From an uncultured Pelagibacteraceae bacterium (lineage in GTDB: Bacteria > Pseudomonadota > Alphaproteobacteria > Pelagibacterales > Pelagibacteraceae), in NCBI GenBank assembly GCA_902584365.1, contig CACHZG010000004.1, positions 4,412-68,411 of the forward strand: a DNA stretch of 64,000 nucleotides, in the 5' to 3' direction. The notes under the pieces were generated by a model, which was not told where the DNA came from, ran no database searches, and saw nothing but the letters and a program-made list of their open reading frames with translations. Shown here in pieces: positions 10,565 to 19,968 of the stretch. The number at the start of each line of letters is the position of its first letter. Position 1 is the first letter of the stretch. Both the position numbers and the translations under genes were made by a program.

Positions 10565-11931
10565 CTTTTTCCAATCATACAATATCCAGTCGGTTTGATT
10601 GTCCCATATTCACCTGGACAGATTTTTTTAAGAATTGACGGGTTCCCTGCATAAACTACACCTCCTAGATCTTGAAAATTTTTAGTACCCTCCAATGTTT
10701 TAAACCATTTAGGTCTTGAGACTAAATGATAGGACAAATTTCCTGCCGCCCATTCATCACCAACTACAACGTTTATCTCATTTCTAAAATTATTATCCCA
10801 TTTCCGTTGAACTAAGTCAGCTATTTCTCTTCCTGGATAGTCAGTTCTTTTTGTTTCATCAAAAATGGAAATAGATAAATAAAGTATAGGAGATAATAAA
10901 AATAAAAAAATAAATATGAAAATAAAACGATTAATTTTTTTTAGATCAATATTTTTTTGATAAATATAAATTATAAATAATGGTAAATATAAATAGAACG
11001 GTGTCATCCACATAGTTCTGATTTTTGCTCCAAAAATAATTGAAATCATCAATAATAGAATTAATGGAATTAAATTTATAGCAGCCAAAAAAAGAAATTT
11101 TTCATCTTTTGAGTTAATTTTAAATTTAATTTTTTTTATTAAGCAAAAACAGAGAATAAAAATAGGTGTTAAAATTAAAAATTGTTTAGAAATAAAAATA
11201 ATAGGATTAATTAAATGATTTATTAATACTTCTTGTCCCGCACTACTTCTGCTTAATCCATATTGAATGGTTAAGAAATTATTTTCAACTAGCCAAAAAA
11301 TATGAGGAAAAACGATAATAAAAAAAACGAATAATGAAACAAAAACTCCGTTGTCAACTTTTTTTAATTGTTTTAAATTAAAGAGGTAAAACATTACTAA
11401 AGAAAGCAATAAAAATATAAATATATATTTTGATAAAAAACCAAAAGCTGCAAAAATTCCAAGAAAAAACCAGTTAGTTATTTTTTTTTCATTTAAACTC
11501 TTCCAACTGTATAACACAGTCAAAGCCCAGAATGGGAGTTGACAAACATTTACATTAAATTCGGGTGTAGTAAAGTTAAAGAAGTATATCCCTGATAACA
11601 TCAAAACAGAAATAAACGCATAAATTTCACTTTTTAAAAATTCTTTCGCAAATGTCCAAACCACAAAAATTGAAGATAATACAAAAATTTGACTTAACAT
11701 ATAATAAGCCCAATCATTGTTTCCAAAAATAAAGTAAATTAATTCAACCATTACCGCGCTCATTGGAGGGTGTTTATCAAATCCCCAGTCAAGATTACTG
11801 CCCCAGGCTAAAGCCTCAATGGTATCTAAAGGTAAATTTGTATTAGTGAAAGTAGGTATCAATACCCATAGCAAAAAATGGGAGATGAAATATACAATTA
11901 AAAGATTAATAATATTATTTTTTTTGACCAT
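10561..11931 (-). CDS. Polytopic GT-C glycosyltransferase (ArnT/PMT/Rgt-like)
   Basis: DTIEALAWG..WGFDKHPPM, LSKY, PHIFW motifs; many hydrophobic segments. Confidence 0.8.
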   Translation of the reverse strand: MVKKNNIINLLIVYFISHFLLWVLIPTFTNTNLPLDTIEALAWGSNLDWGFDKHPPMSAVMVELIYFIFGNNDWAYYMLSQIFVLSSIFVVWTFAKEFLKSEIYAFISVLMLSGIYFFNFTTPEFNVNVCQLPFWALTVLYSWKSLNEKKITNWFFLGIFAAFGFLSKYIFIFLLLSLVMFYLFNLKQLKKVDNGVFVSLFVFFIIVFPHIFWLVENNFLTIQYGLSRSSAGQEVLINHLINPIIFISKQFLILTPIFILCFCLIKKIKFKINSKDEKFLFLAAINLIPLILLLMISIIFGAKIRTMWMTPFYLYLPLFIIYIYQKNIDLKKINRFIFIFIFLFLLSPILYLSISIFDETKRTDYPGREIADLVQRKWDNNFRNEINVVVGDEWAAGNLSYHLVSRPKWFKTLEGTKNFQDLGGVVYAGNPSILKKICPGEYGTIKPTGYCMIGKR

Positions 11932-11960
11932 ATCTGTAAAGTATTACAATTATTAATGTA

Positions 11961-11988
11961 TTGACACGCTAAATTTCAATCATATACT
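11961..11988 (+). promoter_or_regulatory. Sigma70-type promoter of dksA
   Basis: TTGACA-N16-TATACT ending 13 nt before the ATG; no SD visible. Confidence 0.65.
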
Positions 11989-12001
11989 CCCATTTTCTAA
12001 A

Positions 12002-12442
12002 ATGCCAAAAAAAATAACAAATTTAAAAAAAACCCAAAGCAAAAAATACGCGCCAAATGACAAAGAAAAGTACATGTGCGCAAAACATAAGAAATTTTTT
12101 ACTAACGAGTTGCTTAGATGGAAAAGAGATATTGTAAAATCAAATAGCTTGAGTAATCTTTTAAACTCAGGTGACGATAATGTTTCTTCGGCGGATATAG
12201 TTGATCAGGCTTCTTCTCTTACTGATAAATCAGTTGAGATGAAGTCTTTAAACAGAAGTAGAAAACTTATAAGTAAAATTGAGTCTGCTTTAAAAAGAAT
12301 TAAAGATGGCACATATGGTTATTGTGAGGAAACAGGTGAACCTATAGGACTCAAAAGATTGATAGCAAGACCAATTGCAACCTTGTCTATTGAAGCCCAG
12401 GAAAGACATGAAAGAGATGAAAAAGTTTTTATTGATGATTAA
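12002..12442 (+). CDS. dksA: RNA polymerase-binding factor DksA (single-Cys, zinc-free alphaproteobacterial form)
   Basis: DIVDQA coiled-coil tip; YGYCEETGEPIGLKRLIARP. Confidence 0.93.
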   Translation: MPKKITNLKKTQSKKYAPNDKEKYMCAKHKKFFTNELLRWKRDIVKSNSLSNLLNSGDDNVSSADIVDQASSLTDKSVEMKSLNRSRKLISKIESALKRIKDGTYGYCEETGEPIGLKRLIARPIATLSIEAQERHERDEKVFIDD

Positions 12443-13065
12443 ACAGTAGGAATTTGATCACCTTTTTTTAAAATATCAAACCCTCTTTTAACAGCCTCTC
12501 TTTTTGAAATTTCCTGATACCATCTTGTTAAATTACTAAACTTTTTAAGACCTATATCATGCCATTCGTGTCTGGCTATCCAGGGAAATGTAGCAATGTC
12601 AGCTATTGAGTAATCTTCTCCTGCGAGAAATTTGGAGTTTTCTAATCTTTCGTCAAGATCTTTGTAAATTGTCTCACTTATCTTGAAATATCTTTTTTCA
12701 CCAAATTCACTTTTACCTGGATTGTAATGATGAAACTGATGGTGTTGACCTAACATGGGACCAACATAAGCCATTTGTCCCATTAACCACTGATTGATTA
12801 TTGTTCTTTGTTTTTTATCATAAAACTTTCCACTTATTTCTGCCAAATAAATCAAAATAGCTCCTGACTCAAAAAGACTTATTTTTTTTTCATGATCTAT
12901 GATTACTGGTATTTTACTAAATGGGCTTATCTTTCTAAATTCTGGCTTGAATTGTTCACCTTTAAAAATATTTATTTTTGTAATTTTATAGTTAAAATTT
13001 ATTTCCTCTAACATGATAGAAATTTTCTTACCATTAGGTGTGTCAGCGGTAAGAAGCTCTATCAT
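12439..13065 (-). CDS. Glutathione S-transferase, YfcG/YghU (Nu) class
   Basis: TPNGKK, KIPVI, FESGAIL, YSIADIATFPW. Confidence 0.9.
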   Translation of the reverse strand: MIELLTADTPNGKKISIMLEEINFNYKITKINIFKGEQFKPEFRKISPFSKIPVIIDHEKKISLFESGAILIYLAEISGKFYDKKQRTIINQWLMGQMAYVGPMLGQHHQFHHYNPGKSEFGEKRYFKISETIYKDLDERLENSKFLAGEDYSIADIATFPWIARHEWHDIGLKKFSNLTRWYQEISKREAVKRGFDILKKGDQIPTV

Positions 13066-14075
13066 TTTTTTCCAAGTCTACCTTGAATTGTCTTAGACGA
13101 AGTGGTGAATTCAAACTTATACTTTTCGTTAGGCCTCGCTCTTTTGAAGCATTCTACTGAGGCTAGTGCTACCTCATGGAAACCTGAAAGAATTAATTTT
13201 AATTTTCCTGGATAAGAACAAATATCACCGGCTGCAAATATCCCTTTTTTGTTTGTTTCGAAATTTTCTGAATTTACTTGTATGGTTTTTTTATCCATAT
13301 TTAATCCCCATTCAGCGATTGGGCCTAATTTCATTATTAGTCCAAAAAAACCTAGTATTGTATCCGTAGGAATTTTTTCTAATTTTCCATTATCAAATTT
13401 TATTGTGATAGACTTTAATTTTTTTTCGCTATCCAAGGATTCGATTTGACATGGTGTTTTAATTGAAATTTTTCCTTTTTTTTCTAATTTTTTTATTTCT
13501 GATAGAGTGTGTTGTGCTCCTCGGAATTCATTTCTTCTATGTATTAAAGTAATTTTAGAAAATTTTGAAAGCTCCAGTGCCCAATCTAAAGCTGAGTCAC
13601 CTCCCCCAAAAATTGAAATATTCTTATTTTTAAATTTTTCTTTATTTTTGACTGAATAGAAAATTGATTTTCCTTCGAGACTCTCCGCTTGTTTAAGAGA
13701 AAGTTTTCTAGGTTCAAATGATCCAACTCCTCCAGCTATTATAATGCTCGAAGCAACAAATTCTTTTTTACTACTTGTTTTTACGATCCAATTATCTTTT
13801 TCTTGATAAACCTCATCCACTCTTTCATTAAGAAATAAATCAGTTTTAAATGGTTTGATTTGCTCAAGTAATCTTGTTGTCAATTGTTCACCTGTGCACT
13901 CTGGAACTGCGGGGATATCATAAATAGGTTTGTCAGGATATAGCTCAATACATTGCCCACCCGCCTTATCAAGATTGTCAATTACCACAGCCTTGAGACC
14001 TTTTATGCCTAATTGATGTACTGCAAATAAACCTACAGGTCCTGCGCCTATAATTATAACATCTGTTTTTTTCAT
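13062..14075 (-). CDS. TrxB-fold ferredoxin--NADP reductase (YumC type)
   Basis: GAGPVG, GGQCIELYPDKPIYDIPA, GGGDSALDW, YPGKLKLILSGFHE; no CxxC. Confidence 0.88.
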   Translation of the reverse strand: MKKTDVIIIGAGPVGLFAVHQLGIKGLKAVVIDNLDKAGGQCIELYPDKPIYDIPAVPECTGEQLTTRLLEQIKPFKTDLFLNERVDEVYQEKDNWIVKTSSKKEFVASSIIIAGGVGSFEPRKLSLKQAESLEGKSIFYSVKNKEKFKNKNISIFGGGDSALDWALELSKFSKITLIHRRNEFRGAQHTLSEIKKLEKKGKISIKTPCQIESLDSEKKLKSITIKFDNGKLEKIPTDTILGFFGLIMKLGPIAEWGLNMDKKTIQVNSENFETNKKGIFAAGDICSYPGKLKLILSGFHEVALASVECFKRARPNEKYKFEFTTSSKTIQGRLGKK

Positions 14076-14395
14076 TAAGTCTGTTTAGATGGAGTTGTCA
14101 CTATTAAACCATCTAGTTCCTCTGAAACAATTAGTTGACAACTTAATCTACTGTTTTTTTTTGGTTCAAATGCCATGTCAATCATATCCTCCTCAGCTTC
14201 TTCTGCTTTTTGAATTTTATTTAACCATTTTTCTTCGACATAAACATGGCAAGTAGCGCAAGCCATTGAGCCGCCACAGTCAGCATCTATCCCAGGAATG
14301 TTATTTTGAATAGCTCCCTCCATAACGGTCAATCCGTTTTCAACTTCAATAGTTTTTGAATTTCCTTGGAAATCTTTGTATGTAATTTTAGGCAT
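14075..14395 (-). CDS. fdx: 2Fe-2S ferredoxin (adrenodoxin/ISC type)
   Basis: CGGSMACATCH...SRLSCQ. Confidence 0.93.
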   Translation of the reverse strand: MPKITYKDFQGNSKTIEVENGLTVMEGAIQNNIPGIDADCGGSMACATCHVYVEEKWLNKIQKAEEAEEDMIDMAFEPKKNSRLSCQLIVSEELDGLIVTTPSKQT

Positions 14396-14522
14396 TAACC
14401 AAGTATATGGATATAATTACTATCCAAAAAAAAGCATAATACATTATGTAACCTTTTACAGTAAAAGGCATTTTTTTAATTTTACGTTTTCCTTTTCCTT
14501 TATACGGTTTTGATAATTCCAT
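14388..14522 (-). CDS. Unannotated 44-aa small membrane protein
   Basis: MELSKPYKGKGKRKIKKMPFTVKGYIMYYAFFWIVIISIYLVNA*; fills the gap and its stop overlaps the fdx start (ATGCCTAA). Confidence 0.65.
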   Translation of the reverse strand: MELSKPYKGKGKRKIKKMPFTVKGYIMYYAFFWIVIISIYLVNA

Positions 14523-14540
14523 GATTTATATATAAGCATT

Positions 14541-14580
14541 AAAGAAAAAAGGGCAAGTGCACATAATGCACCCGCCCTTT
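14541..14580 (-). terminator. Intrinsic terminator of proteorhodopsin
   Basis: Minus strand GGGCGGGTGCA-ttatg-TGCACTTGCCC (two G:U pairs) followed by TTTTTTCTTT. Confidence 0.85.
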
Positions 14581-14595
14581 AATCATTTTTTTTAA

Positions 14596-15366
14596 TTATC
14601 TTGTAGCTAATCTAGTGTTCTGCATAGCAGCTGCCCAAATCACAAGACCAAATGCGATCTTGTTAATAAAGTCAGCTAAGTTATAGATAATGTTTAGTGC
14701 GTTGGCATCTACACCACCAGTTAGGTAACCAAAAATATAACCTAAAGGATATATTGCCCAACCGATTGTTACGATTATTCTCATTGCACTGAAAGCAGTT
14801 ATCATAGCTTTGTTTCCGCTTTTTGCAGCCATAGTGCCAGCTTCACCTGAAAAGATTTCAAATAGTATGTAAATCCATCCAGCCATTCCGATTACAAAAC
14901 CTACAAATGGTTGAATGTAGCCAGCTTCACCTAAGTATCCACCGATTAACATTACTAATGAACCAATTAATAGTTTCCAGAATATTGAGCTTGGAACTTT
15001 TCTTACAGCAGCCAAGATTAAATAGAATTCAATCATCTGAAGTGGAACTGTGATTAACCAATCAATATATCTATATACTGTTGGTGTATCATTAGTTGTC
15101 ACCCAAACTTCTCGCATGTACATGTAGTGAACAAATGCAACACCAGTAACTAGTCCAGCTACTGTTATTGAAGTTCTCCATGATGCAGCTACCGTTCCTC
15201 TTTCAGCGAAAAAGAACACAGTCGTTGCGATCATCCCCATAGATACAAGCCAGAAAGAAATTCCTACGAAATCTCCTGTCTGAAGATTAACTGTTGCTGC
15301 GTTAGCTGAACCAGTAATACCCAAAAAGGCAACTGCAGCTAAAGCAATTAGACTTAATTTTCTCAT
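14596..15366 (-). CDS. Proteorhodopsin, DTE proton pump, blue-tuned
   Basis: YRYIDWLITVPLQMIEF (D97, T101, Q105, E108 in GPR numbering), retinal Lys in NLADFINK, signal peptide, strong SD GGGAGG. Confidence 0.98.
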   Translation of the reverse strand: MRKLSLIALAAVAFLGITGSANAATVNLQTGDFVGISFWLVSMGMIATTVFFFAERGTVAASWRTSITVAGLVTGVAFVHYMYMREVWVTTNDTPTVYRYIDWLITVPLQMIEFYLILAAVRKVPSSIFWKLLIGSLVMLIGGYLGEAGYIQPFVGFVIGMAGWIYILFEIFSGEAGTMAAKSGNKAMITAFSAMRIIVTIGWAIYPLGYIFGYLTGGVDANALNIIYNLADFINKIAFGLVIWAAAMQNTRLATR

Positions 15367-15587
15367 GAAAACCTCCCTCGTTAGTTAGTTTTCGTTTAGT
15401 TTAATATTAAACTACCCAGGCAAGTATATTAATACCCCTGAATAATATGAAAGGACCATAGTAAAAATATTAAGCACAGTGAAGCTTTTTTTTGATAAAA
15501 AAACCGCATATTTACTGGATTTTTTGTTTTTTTTTGGGGATATTTATGAAATAATCTCTAAATAATTGAATTAACTGCAGGAGTGAT

Positions 15588-17486
15588 TTGAAAAAGACTT
15601 ACCAGCAAATATATGACTCTTCTATACAAAATAGAGAGAATTTTTGGAGAGAAGTAGCAGAGGAAATATTTTGGTACAAGAAACCAACAAAAATTTTGAA
15701 CTCATCTAATCCTCCATTTTTTAAGTGGTACGAGGATGGTGTCACTAATACTTGTTATAATGCTGTCGACTTTCATATTGATAATGGAAAAGGTGAAAAA
15801 ATAGCTATAATTTATGATAGTCCAATAACAGGTGTTTCAAAAAAAATTACTTACAATGAATTGAAAGAAAAGGTTTCACTGTTTGCAGGAGCATTAGTCA
15901 ATCAAGGGGTAAAAAAGGGTGATAGAGTTATAATTTACATGCCAATGATACCTGAGGCTGTTGTGGCAATGCTAGCGTGTGGAAGAATTGGAGCAGTTCA
16001 CTCAGTGGTATTTGGAGGTTTTGCGGCTAATGAACTTGCAAGCAGAATAGACGACTCAAAAGCAAAAATAATCGTTTCTGCTTCTTGCGGCTTTGAGCCA
16101 GGAAGAGTAGTGGAATATAAACCTCTTTTAAATAAAGCGTTGCAACTTTCAAATCACAAGCCAAGTAGATGCATAATTTTTCAAAGAGATAAAAATGAGT
16201 GCACTCTCGATCCTAAAAAAGATATTTCATGGGATGAAGCTCACAAAAATGTTAAACCTCAAGAGTGTGTAGAAATGAATGCAAACGATTATGCATACAT
16301 ACTTTATACATCAGGCACTACAGGCCTACCTAAGGGTATAGTAAGAGATATTGGTGGCCATATAGTTGCTCTTAAGTGGACAATGAAAAATATTTATAAT
16401 ATTAGCCCTGATGATGTTTGGTGGTCAGCCAGTGACATAGGCTGGATTGTTGGTCACTCCTACATAGTTTATGGTCCCCTATTTTACGGATGCACAACTG
16501 TCTTATTCGAGGGTAAACCAGTAGGAACTCCTGATGCAGGAGTATTTTGGAGAGTAATATCTGAACACAAAGTTAGATCTTTGTTTACTGCCCCAACAGC
16601 CATAAGGGCAATTAAAAAAGAGGACCCAGAAGGAAAATTTTTTAAAAAATATGATTTAAGTAAATTTGATACCTTATTTTTAGCTGGAGAGCGAGCTGAT
16701 CCTGATACAATAAAATGGTTTGAAAATTTATCAGGCTCTCCAGTAATAGATCACTGGTGGCAAACAGAGACCAGCTGGGCAATTACATCAAGTTGCACAG
16801 GCATAGAAAAATTTCCAGTAAAATATGGATCAGCATTTAAACCAGTGCCAGGATATGATCTTAAAGTTTTAAACTCTGAGGGAAAAGAGGTTGGGCCAGG
16901 AAAAATGGGTGATATTGTTGTGAAACTTCCTCTTCCTCCAGGAACATTCCCAACTCTTTGGGGTGCAGACAAAAGATACAAAGAAAATTATATGAGTAAT
17001 TACCCAGGTTATTATCAAACTTATGATGCTGGTCATATTGATGAAGATGGCTACGTTTGGATAATGTCTAGAACCGACGATATAATAAATGTTGCAGGAC
17101 ATAGACTATCTACAGGAGCTATTGAAGAGGTCCTCGCTGAACATAAGTCTGTGGCAGAGTGCGCTGTTATCGGTATCGCAGATAAACTTAAAGGACAAAT
17201 ACCTATTGGATTGTTAGCTTTAAAAGCTGGAGTTAAGCAAAAGAATGAGGAGATTATAAAAGAATGTATTGCAATGGTTAGAGAGAAAGTTGGTCCAGTT
17301 GCAGCTTTTAAAATTGCAATCGTTGTTAAAAGATTACCTAAAACTAGATCTGGTAAAGTACTTAGGGGAACAGTAAGAAAAATTGCAGATAATGAAACTT
17401 ATAAAATGCCTGCAACTATAGATGACCCTGCTATTTTAGATGAAATTAAAGCTGACTTAATTGAAAATAAAATTTTAAAACTCTAA
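15588..17486 (+). CDS. prpE: Propionyl-CoA synthetase-like acyl-CoA synthetase
   Basis: YILYTSGTTGLPKG, DHWWQTET, NVAGHRLST, LPKTRSGK; TTG start with AGGAG SD. Confidence 0.85.
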   Translation: MKKTYQQIYDSSIQNRENFWREVAEEIFWYKKPTKILNSSNPPFFKWYEDGVTNTCYNAVDFHIDNGKGEKIAIIYDSPITGVSKKITYNELKEKVSLFAGALVNQGVKKGDRVIIYMPMIPEAVVAMLACGRIGAVHSVVFGGFAANELASRIDDSKAKIIVSASCGFEPGRVVEYKPLLNKALQLSNHKPSRCIIFQRDKNECTLDPKKDISWDEAHKNVKPQECVEMNANDYAYILYTSGTTGLPKGIVRDIGGHIVALKWTMKNIYNISPDDVWWSASDIGWIVGHSYIVYGPLFYGCTTVLFEGKPVGTPDAGVFWRVISEHKVRSLFTAPTAIRAIKKEDPEGKFFKKYDLSKFDTLFLAGERADPDTIKWFENLSGSPVIDHWWQTETSWAITSSCTGIEKFPVKYGSAFKPVPGYDLKVLNSEGKEVGPGKMGDIVVKLPLPPGTFPTLWGADKRYKENYMSNYPGYYQTYDAGHIDEDGYVWIMSRTDDIINVAGHRLSTGAIEEVLAEHKSVAECAVIGIADKLKGQIPIGLLALKAGVKQKNEEIIKECIAMVREKVGPVAAFKIAIVVKRLPKTRSGKVLRGTVRKIADNETYKMPATIDDPAILDEIKADLIENKILKL

Positions 17487-18788
17487 AGGTTTTCCTTTGG
17501 ACTTAATAAGTATTTTTCCATCTTCCATTACTAAATTCCCATTAACAATCGTGCCCACAGGAAAACCTGTAATTTTATGATTATGAAATGGCGTCCAGCC
17601 ACATTTGCTTGCCATCATTTCATTTTTAATTGTTACCTTTTTGTTCATATCAACTATGGTTAAATCAGCATCATATCCCTCTTTTATAAAACCTTTATTC
17701 TTTATTCCAAAAATTCTGCAGGGATTCTCACACATCAGATTTATTAATTGAGTTAAAGTTAACTTACCGTTATTTACATGGTCAATCATTATTGGAAAAA
17801 TAGTTTGCACACCTGGCATGCCAGAGGGTGTATTGGGATATTCTTTGTCTTTATTTGATTTCAGATGTGGAGCGTGGTCAGAACCTAATACATCAACTAT
17901 GTTATTTTTTATAGCTACCCAAAGTCTATCATAATGCTCTTTAGAACGTAAAGGAGGATTCATTTGAGCGTATGTACCAAGTTTGTCATAACAGTCTGGT
18001 GCAAATAAAGTTAAGTGTTGTGGAGTAGTTTCAAAAGTTACATTTTTTTTATGCATTGCTAAAAAATCTACCTCCTCTTTAGTGGTAACATGAAGTACAT
18101 GAATTTTTTTATTATATCTTTCTGCAATTTTAACTACTCTCCGTGTAGAAGACATTGCACACTCAACATTTCTCCATTCAGGGTGTGAATGTACATTACC
18201 TTGTTTTATAAATTTTTTTCTCAATTTTATAATATCTTCATCCTCTGAGTGAATTGAGACAATTCGATCACTACTTGAAATTACTTTTTCAATATCAGAC
18301 TCCTTATCAACTAATAAGTTTCCTGTAGATGATCCAGCAAATAACTTAACTCCACAACAACCCTCTACATTCTTTAATTGCTTAAGTTGGGCAGTGTTAT
18401 CAGGTGTCGCTCCAAAATAAAAAGCATAATTACTATGCATTCTATTTTTGGCAGCTTTTAATTTTTTTTCAAATTCAATTAAATTAGCAGTTGGTGGATT
18501 TGTGTTTGGCATTTCAAATAAAGATGTTACTCCACCTAAAACTGCAGCTCTGCTCCCGCTTTCTAAATCTTCTGCATCCGTAGACCCTGGCTCTCTAAAA
18601 TGAACTTGAGTATCTATTATCCCTGGTAAAACTAATTTATTTGTAGCGTCGTAAACGTTTAATCCGTCACTCTTAATTTCACCTATTATTTTGATTTTAT
18701 TCCCTAATAATCCAATATCAGTATTTGTTAATTTCCCGTTTATATAACAAGAACCATTTTTTATTATTAGACTAAGATTTTCTGACAT
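17475..18788 (-). CDS. pyrC: Dihydroorotase
   Basis: DTQVHFREPG, EMPNTNP, MNPPLR, SDHAPH, SKCGWTPF. Confidence 0.9.
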   Translation of the reverse strand: MSENLSLIIKNGSCYINGKLTNTDIGLLGNKIKIIGEIKSDGLNVYDATNKLVLPGIIDTQVHFREPGSTDAEDLESGSRAAVLGGVTSLFEMPNTNPPTANLIEFEKKLKAAKNRMHSNYAFYFGATPDNTAQLKQLKNVEGCCGVKLFAGSSTGNLLVDKESDIEKVISSSDRIVSIHSEDEDIIKLRKKFIKQGNVHSHPEWRNVECAMSSTRRVVKIAERYNKKIHVLHVTTKEEVDFLAMHKKNVTFETTPQHLTLFAPDCYDKLGTYAQMNPPLRSKEHYDRLWVAIKNNIVDVLGSDHAPHLKSNKDKEYPNTPSGMPGVQTIFPIMIDHVNNGKLTLTQLINLMCENPCRIFGIKNKGFIKEGYDADLTIVDMNKKVTIKNEMMASKCGWTPFHNHKITGFPVGTIVNGNLVMEDGKILIKSKGKPLEF

Positions 18789-18825
18789 TTTTTATTTCTC
18801 TTATAATAATGTATAAGTAATAAAT

Positions 18826-19707
18826 ATGAAAAAAGATCAAGTAATTATTTTGGAAAAAAGAGGAACGGTTTTAATTAAAGGTGAAGAAGCTAGTGATTTC
18901 CTTCAAAATATTATTACTAATGATATAAAAAAAGCCTCATATAAGAATTCAATTTTTTCAGCTTTATTAACTCCTCAAGGCAAATATTTAAATGAGTTTT
19001 TTGTTGTTAAAACTAAAAATGGATATTTATTAGATTGCAGTGAAAATTCCACTAAAGATTTAATTCAAAATTTGTCTAAATATAAATTAAGATCAAAAGT
19101 TGATATAGAAGATCTTTCAGCAGAATATGTTATAGGAGTAATACATCACGAAAAATTTAAAGAACTGCAAGTTGAAATGAAGCTAGATGATAATACCATT
19201 TCTTATAGAGACACTCCTATTTTTTTAGACCCAAGAAATAAATACTTGGGCGCTAGAATAGTTTCGAACTTAGAAAAACTATATTTAACAATAAAAAAAT
19301 TGAATTTAAAAATTACTGATAGTTCTGAATACTTCTCTCTCGCTTATAATTTTGGAATTCCAGAAAGAGGTGTACAGAATTTAAAGGATCAATTATTTGG
19401 ACTAGAGGCAAATTTTGAGGGACTTCAAGCTATAGATTTCAAGAAAGGATGTTTTATAGGACAAGAGAATACTGCAAGGATGAAATTAAAAAATAAATTA
19501 AGAAGAAAATTGTTACCTATATCATCAGCAGAAGAGTTAAATGTGGGAGACGAGCTGATATATAATGACAATAAGGTAGGAAAAATTTTAATAGGTAAAC
19601 CTCATACTTTTGGTTTAATTAAAATGTTTGATCCAAATTTGGAAGAATTTATAAACAAAGATTTGTTAGCAAATAACAAAAAATGCAAAATATTAAAGAA
19701 CATTTAA
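18826..19707 (+). CDS. ygfZ: YgfZ folate-binding Fe-S cluster repair protein
   Basis: FLQNIITND, LTPQGK, DFKKGCFIGQE. Confidence 0.92.
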   Translation: MKKDQVIILEKRGTVLIKGEEASDFLQNIITNDIKKASYKNSIFSALLTPQGKYLNEFFVVKTKNGYLLDCSENSTKDLIQNLSKYKLRSKVDIEDLSAEYVIGVIHHEKFKELQVEMKLDDNTISYRDTPIFLDPRNKYLGARIVSNLEKLYLTIKKLNLKITDSSEYFSLAYNFGIPERGVQNLKDQLFGLEANFEGLQAIDFKKGCFIGQENTARMKLKNKLRRKLLPISSAEELNVGDELIYNDNKVGKILIGKPHTFGLIKMFDPNLEEFINKDLLANNKKCKILKNI

Positions 19708-19812
19708 TAATCTTGAAAGAGAAGCTAAAATTCCGTATCCACTTAATTCTATAAAAGCTATAATAAGAATTATAAGTATAATTTTTTTATTTTTTTTAAA
19801 ATATTCAATCAT
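19693..19812 (-). CDS. Unannotated 39-aa putative single-pass membrane peptide
   Basis: MIEYFKKNKKIILIILIIAFIELSGYGILASLSRLLNVL*; starts 12 nt after the tRNA-Leu CCA and overlaps the ygfZ stop by 15 nt. Confidence 0.5.
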   Translation of the reverse strand: MIEYFKKNKKIILIILIIAFIELSGYGILASLSRLLNVL

Positions 19813-19824
19813 AACAAACATATT

Positions 19825-19908
19825 TGGTGCGGTCGGAGAGACTCGAACTCTCACGGGAAACCCACACGCCCCTCAAGCGTGCCTGTCTACCAATTTCAGC
19901 ACGACCGC
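19825..19908 (-). tRNA. tRNA-Leu(GAG)
   Basis: GCGGTCG acceptor stem, anticodon arm CACGC-TTGAGGG-GCGTG, variable arm, GTTCGAG T-loop, encoded CCA. Confidence 0.96.
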
Positions 19909-19968
19909 TCCAATATGCGACAATAAATGAATGACAATATTCATTCAAGTTGATAGATTAATAAAATA

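Noticed and set aside
12002-12442. Zinc-free DksA (and Cys-free L31, A29:U41 in the initiator tRNA) as special adaptations
   Set aside because: These are ordinary alphaproteobacterial states
15429-15509. 26-codon ORF on the minus strand upstream of proteorhodopsin
   Set aside because: No SD, runs through the likely promoter region, and the length is expected by chance
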